Source: an uncultured delta proteobacterium (GTDB lineage: Bacteria; Myxococcota_A; Polyangia; Polyangiales; Houyiibacteriaceae). Taken from it: DNA of 64,000 nucleotides. The first letter of the stretch is position 1. Every line of letters starts with the position of its first letter. The stretch covers positions 9,086-73,085 of the forward strand of contig CAVQHC010000009.1 in NCBI GenBank assembly GCA_963712235.1, in the 5' to 3' direction. The notes beneath the pieces are model-generated. The model did no database searches. It had not been told where the DNA came from and saw only the letters and a program-made list of their open reading frames with translations. Below, piece after piece: positions 59,767 to 64,000 of this stretch. A program made the position numbers and the translations under genes.

Positions 59767-59832
59767 GTCAGTGCCAGCGTCAGCGTCAGCGTCAGCGTCA
59801 GTGCCAGCGTCAGCGTCAGCGCCAGCGTCAGC
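59767..59832 (-). repeat. Imperfect (CGCTGA)n hexanucleotide tract (11 units) overlapping the DUF420 gene stop codon
   Basis: The plus strand reads GTCAGT GCCAGC GTCAGC x3 GTCAGT GCCAGC GTCAGC x2 GCCAGC GTCAGC. Confidence 0.9.
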
Positions 59833-60346
59833 GAAGCATGAAATAGATTAGGACACCGGTGATGGAGACGTAGAGCCAGATGGGAAGGGTCCATCTCGCG
59901 AGGCGCTTGTGTGTTGCGAAGCGCTGTCGCGCCGCCAAGAAGAAGGTCGTCAGGATCATCGGAAGCATCACGATCGACAGAAGCACATGGCTGATCAGAA
60001 TTGAGAAATACACGATCCGTATCGTGCCCTCGCCCTGGTAGGTCGTATCGCCGTGTGCGTAGTGGTAGAGAACGTAGCCCACGAGAAAGACGGCGGATGC
60101 GGCAAAGGCGGAAACCATGAGCCGCTTGTGAACTTCGCGTCGGCCGTTTCGAATCGCAACAAGCCCGGCAACGAGCAGGGTAGCCGAAGTCGCGTTGAGC
60201 CCAGCGTTCACGCCCGGCATGAAGCTCAGGTCTGCGTTGACGCCGCCGCCTTCCCGGACGAGCAAGAGCCAGCCGAGAAATCCGACCGCCGCGCTCGAGA
60301 CCAGGGCGTTGAAGATCCAGAAACTACGATCGCTTTGGCGAGCCAT
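59828..60346 (-). CDS. DUF420 family membrane protein
   Basis: Four-helix protein of 172 aa. The HK.LA...LP.WLYVS..GV..Y pattern is recalled for DUF420. Confidence 0.75.
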   Translation of the reverse strand: MARQSDRSFWIFNALVSSAAVGFLGWLLLVREGGGVNADLSFMPGVNAGLNATSATLLVAGLVAIRNGRREVHKRLMVSAFAASAVFLVGYVLYHYAHGDTTYQGEGTIRIVYFSILISHVLLSIVMLPMILTTFFLAARQRFATHKRLARWTLPIWLYVSITGVLIYFMLR

Positions 60347-60361
60347 CGCGCGAACCTAGGC

Positions 60362-61549
60362 TCAAGCACGCAGCTCGGCCAGGGATTGGTCTACTGCCTC
60401 GAGGACGCGGGGAATTTCATCATGAGCGTTCGGCCAGTGGGGCGCGAGGCGCATCAGGCCGTCCGGTGTGTTGACGATGACACCGCGATCGCGAAGCGCG
60501 GCGGCGAGCTTCGAGAGGCGGACGTCGGCCGGCACGGTCACGCCGAGCAGCGTGGAGCGAAGCGCGGGCGCCGTGGCCCGATGACTCTGAAATCCCCTCG
60601 CTACAAGACCCGCTTCGAGCGCTTCGAGGTAAGCATCGACGTGTCGGTGGATGGCCGGCACGCCCAACTGGCCGAGCAGCTCGAGCGACGCGCCGAGCGC
60701 AGCAAGCCCGATGACGTTGCTGGTGCCGGTTTCGAGCGCCGGTGCGCCTCGCTTGAGCGGATTGTCGTAGCGCAGCCGCGGCTCGTCGCTCACCAAGAAG
60801 GCAATTGGGTCCTCATGCCCGAGCCAGCCTGCGAGCCGCGGCTTCATCGCGGCCGCGCAGCGCTCGGCCACGTACAAGAATCCCGTTCCCTCGGCCCCCA
60901 TTAGGTGCTTGTGGCTACCTGAGCTCAAGTAGTCGATTCCCCAGGACACATCGACTGGCGTTGCCCCGAGCGCTTGAATCGCGTCGACGAAAATCTCCGC
61001 GCCGTATTTGTGGCAAAGCGCCGCCATCTCGGCGAGCGGCATCCGAAGCCCCGTCTTGTATTGAACGGCGCTCACCGCAACGAGGCGGGCGCCCCGCCGG
61101 AGGTCCCGTTCGAGCGCGGCGAGGCCTTCATCGACGGAGCGATGAAAGCCGTCGAGCGACAACCAGCAAAGCTCCAGGCCAAACTCCTCTGCGGCCTGTT
61201 GCCATGGCGTCACGTTCGCTGGAAACTCGCCGTCGAAAAGAACGACGCGATCGCCCTTGCGCCAGGGCAGCCCGAACGCGATGTCGATGACGCCCTGCGT
61301 GGTGTTGGCCACAATCGCAATTTCACCAGGACTTGCCGAGATGAGCGAAGCTAAATCGTGCCGAACTTGCGCAAGCCGCGGCGCCCAGCGGACGAAGCCC
61401 GCCATCCCGCCGCAGGCGTAGTCTTCGGTCACCTCTCGAATACGCTCGCAAACCGGAGCGGAGAGAGGCGAAATCGCCGCGTGGGCGAGGTACGCGACCC
61501 CTTCGAGCTTGGGAAACAGTGCCCGGTCACCGAGCTGAGGCTCCACCAT
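60362..61549 (-). CDS. Class V aminotransferase-fold PLP enzyme
   Basis: SGSHKHLMG PLP-Lys motif. 395 aa. The substrate cannot be assigned. Confidence 0.85.
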   Translation of the reverse strand: MVEPQLGDRALFPKLEGVAYLAHAAISPLSAPVCERIREVTEDYACGGMAGFVRWAPRLAQVRHDLASLISASPGEIAIVANTTQGVIDIAFGLPWRKGDRVVLFDGEFPANVTPWQQAAEEFGLELCWLSLDGFHRSVDEGLAALERDLRRGARLVAVSAVQYKTGLRMPLAEMAALCHKYGAEIFVDAIQALGATPVDVSWGIDYLSSGSHKHLMGAEGTGFLYVAERCAAAMKPRLAGWLGHEDPIAFLVSDEPRLRYDNPLKRGAPALETGTSNVIGLAALGASLELLGQLGVPAIHRHVDAYLEALEAGLVARGFQSHRATAPALRSTLLGVTVPADVRLSKLAAALRDRGVIVNTPDGLMRLAPHWPNAHDEIPRVLEAVDQSLAELRA

Positions 61550-61579
61550 GCTCCTACCTTAGCACCACGGAGTTCGCTG

Positions 61580-62548
61580 CTAGAGCGTGCTCTGAAAGAA
61601 ACGCCAGGCTGCGATGGACGCATCGATGTCGCGGCTGGTCGCACCGATCAAGCTCTCGGGCAGGTACTGCCAGCCCGACGGCCAGGTGTGACCGGCGCCT
61701 TGGACCGCAAAGAGCTCGACCTTCGCGTCTCCGCGGCAGCCGGTTGCTTTCGTGCGTTCTATACGGGTGCCATCTTGCGGAACGAAGTCAGGGATCAGCG
61801 TCACCGCCTCGCTCGTGCAAGCGGCCTGACGCTTCCAGAACGCGAAGGTTCGCTCCGTGGAAAGAACTTTACCAAGCTTCTGCCCGTCAAACTCGACGGC
61901 CCCGCCGTCGGAGGGCACGACCGGGTCCTCGGTACCGTTGATCATCAGGACCGAGAGAGCCTCTTTGCCGCAGCGGCCGCGTCTCCGCGCCACGTTGTAG
62001 GGCATAGCGCCGATCACTGCGGTGAACGCACGGAGCTTGTTCGTCCGCTCGCATGCGAAGCGATGCGCCATCATCGCTCCATCCGAGACCCCGACGACAA
62101 ACACTGCCTCGGGATCTACGCTTCGCTTCTCGACTAGCTCGTCGATCAAAGCCGTCAGGAAGCCCACATCGTTGACGCGCTCCCGTTGAGCGACGTAGGC
62201 CTGCACGTTGCGGCCGTCATTCCAATGCCCGCCGATCCCTTCGGGATACACGACGAGGAAATCGTCTTCGACCGCAAGCTCGTTCAGCTTCCCAAAGCTC
62301 AGCGCCACCGTGTCGTCGTCGTCTCCAAGGCCCCCATGCAAGACCAGCAGCAACGGGCGAAGCCCCGACATCGCCCGTCCCCTCGAGTCGAACACCCGGA
62401 CGTCACGAACAATCCCCTCGTGCTTGAACACGAAGCCCTTGAGCCGCCGCGCATCCTCAGCGTCGCTCACCGGCGCCCCCGACTGACACCCCAGCAAAAG
62501 CAGCAACAGCAGGGGACACTCTCTACCCACACAAACCTTGGAAATCAC
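61580..62548 (-). CDS. PHB depolymerase-family esterase lipoprotein
   Basis: LVLHGG..., YPEG....WN and GVSDGAMM nucleophile elbow. The GTG at 62548 lies 1 nt after the upstream stop and gives lipobox LLLGC. The longest ORF start is 62605. Confidence 0.72.
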   Translation of the reverse strand: MISKVCVGRECPLLLLLLLGCQSGAPVSDAEDARRLKGFVFKHEGIVRDVRVFDSRGRAMSGLRPLLLVLHGGLGDDDDTVALSFGKLNELAVEDDFLVVYPEGIGGHWNDGRNVQAYVAQRERVNDVGFLTALIDELVEKRSVDPEAVFVVGVSDGAMMAHRFACERTNKLRAFTAVIGAMPYNVARRRGRCGKEALSVLMINGTEDPVVPSDGGAVEFDGQKLGKVLSTERTFAFWKRQAACTSEAVTLIPDFVPQDGTRIERTKATGCRGDAKVELFAVQGAGHTWPSGWQYLPESLIGATSRDIDASIAAWRFFQSTL

Positions 62549-62549
62549 T

Positions 62550-63140
62550 TCAACTCTCAGCCAAAGATCGCAGCGACAGGATGACATCGCCTCGTACGAC
62601 GTCATCGCCCTCGTTCGGCACGACTCTTTCTACCTTCGCCGCATCTGGCAGGGCGTCACCCTGGTACACCAGGCGGTTAAACGTCTTCATCACCTCGAGG
62701 AGCCCGAGCGTTTGGCCTCGTTTCACGATGTCCCCTGCCGATACGAACGGCGGCTCGGACGGAGACGGTCGACTATAGAAGCGGCCGCTCATCGGCGCGG
62801 TGAATGCGAGCGCGCCTTTCGAATCGGCCATTACGGACGAGTCTGCGTCGCTCTGCTTTACCGTCGCTGTCGTCGAGACGGAGAGCAACACGTCGCCGTA
62901 CTGAACGGGAACGCGCGCTCGGCCGCCGCCGATGCGCGCGCTCACTCGCCCCTCCACATTTCGTGGAACGATGAGCTCGCGCCGCACACCGAGCACTTCG
63001 ATCATCCCAATCGACTGTCCCGAAGCGAGCAGCTCGCCCTCGGCGACCCTGGCCATGAACACGCCGACGCTAGGCGACAAGAGCTCACTTCCCTCCCCGT
63101 CGATCCTGCGGGCACGCAGTACGTAATCGCCCTCGCTCAC
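62550..63140 (-). CDS. Biotin carboxyl carrier-like protein with tandem biotinyl/lipoyl-type domains
   Basis: The second domain has EVMK. The first has EVLG at the equivalent position. The GTG at 63140 overlaps the carboxyltransferase stop (GTGA). Confidence 0.72.
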   Translation of the reverse strand: MSEGDYVLRARRIDGEGSELLSPSVGVFMARVAEGELLASGQSIGMIEVLGVRRELIVPRNVEGRVSARIGGGRARVPVQYGDVLLSVSTTATVKQSDADSSVMADSKGALAFTAPMSGRFYSRPSPSEPPFVSAGDIVKRGQTLGLLEVMKTFNRLVYQGDALPDAAKVERVVPNEGDDVVRGDVILSLRSLAES

Positions 63141-64000
63141 GCACGTCCTCCATTCATCAAGACGTTGAGGTCGTGCAGGCTCCAAATTCGTGGGTTCTTG
63201 ACTCGGCGGTACCCGACGCCCTGATAGCTCATCTCCACCAAGACTTTCAGCCAGTCCCGAAGCTCGTCCAAACGCACGATCTCATCGGTGTCCATTTGCG
63301 TGGCGGCTACGTAGGGATCCATGTCTGCTTCGATTCGAGCCTCCACCTCCGCCATGCGCGTTTCGATCTTGGCGCGCTCCTCGGGGTCGGTCGTGACGAT
63401 CTCGAATTCGTCGTCGAGCTTGCTGTTGTACGAGGCGATCGCGAGCGTGCGACCCTCCATGACGCTGAGCCGGGAAATGGGGGTCGAAAGCTGCACGACG
63501 GGATCGTAGGGAAGCCCCGCCATCGCATAGTAGCCAGCGCCGGATGCTTTTCGCAGCAGCACCGTGAACATCGGTGTCTCGTTGGTGCTGTTGGTGTAGA
63601 TGAGGTTGGAGCCGTAGGCGAGAAGCCCGTGGCGCTCGGCCTCGGCGCCGATATCGAAGCCGCTGATGTCCTGGAGCCAGATCAGCGGAATGCCATCGCT
63701 GTCGCACGCCCTGCTGAACGCGCTGATCTTGGCGATGCCTTGCCGGTAGAGAATCCCTGCCGGGCGCGGCTCGTCGCTGGTCTCCGGATCGTCGATCAAG
63801 CCCTGCCGATTGAGGACGAAACCCGCGTACAGCCCACCGACGCGAGCGATGCCGCAGATCATCTCCCGGCCTACCGACGGCAACACCTCCCAGAAGAGGC
63901 TTTGATCGCAAAGCCGCGCAAGGATTTCGGTCGCATCGTAGGCCTGACGGTGGTCGACCGGGACTAAGCCTGGAAGCTCCGCAGGCGAGTACGCGGGCTC
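63137..64000 (-). CDS. Acyl-CoA carboxylase carboxyltransferase (beta) subunit, 5' end outside the window
   Basis: The frame is open to the window edge. [20 protein letters not shown] and [11 protein letters not shown] motifs of the carboxyl transferase domain. Confidence 0.88.
   Translation of the reverse strand, partial: EPAYSPAELPGLVPVDHRQAYDATEILARLCDQSLFWEVLPSVGREMICGIARVGGLYAGFVLNRQGLIDDPETSDEPRPAGILYRQGIAKISAFSRACDSDGIPLIWLQDISGFDIGAEAERHGLLAYGSNLIYTNSTNETPMFTVLLRKASGAGYYAMAGLPYDPVVQLSTPISRLSVMEGRTLAIASYNSKLDDEFEIVTTDPEERAKIETRMAEVEARIEADMDPYVAATQMDTDEIVRLDELRDWLKVLVEMSYQGVGYRRVKNPRIWSLHDLNVLMNGGRA

Noticed and set aside
59421-59894. A 157-aa minus-strand ORF with an LTLALTLTLT repeat
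   Set aside because: It is the translation of the hexanucleotide tract and the REP-like units, and it overlaps the DUF420 gene end.

Overview
This is a high-GC (roughly 65-68%) bacterial chromosomal window. The gene content (TIGR02266-like PilZ proteins, a Zn-ribbon Ser/Thr kinase, many TPR hypotheticals) suggests a myxobacterium-like lineage, but that is inference only. I call about 62 protein genes, nearly all core functions: argC, rplM-rpsI, plsB, a regulatory PTS operon rpoN-hpf-ptsN-hprK-rapZ-ptsH-ptsI, purF, purD-purH, tgt-queA, dapB, tyrA, pyrD, a dapA-family gene, cstA, and acyl-CoA carboxylase genes. I found no tRNA or rRNA genes, CRISPR arrays, transposases, integrases or recognisable defence genes, so I cannot claim a new protein-based system here.

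The most unusual signal is non-coding. (1) A ~210-nt intergenic element occurs twice in inverse orientation (35206-35417 and 58946-59154), and its three helices are preserved by compensatory substitutions. (2) It is associated with arrays of a ~106-nt GC-rich REP-like unit at three loci, and most intact units carry a single-nt-loop G-quadruplex motif. (3) A (CGCTGA)n hexanucleotide tract supplies the stop codon of two unrelated genes and is followed by more in-frame TGAs.

Four genes (purF, dapB, an alpha/beta hydrolase, a PilZ protein) have clear single-base frame breaks, most in G/C-rich runs or short repeats. I read these as assembly indels rather than biology. All functional calls rest on motif recognition by eye; no database search was possible.
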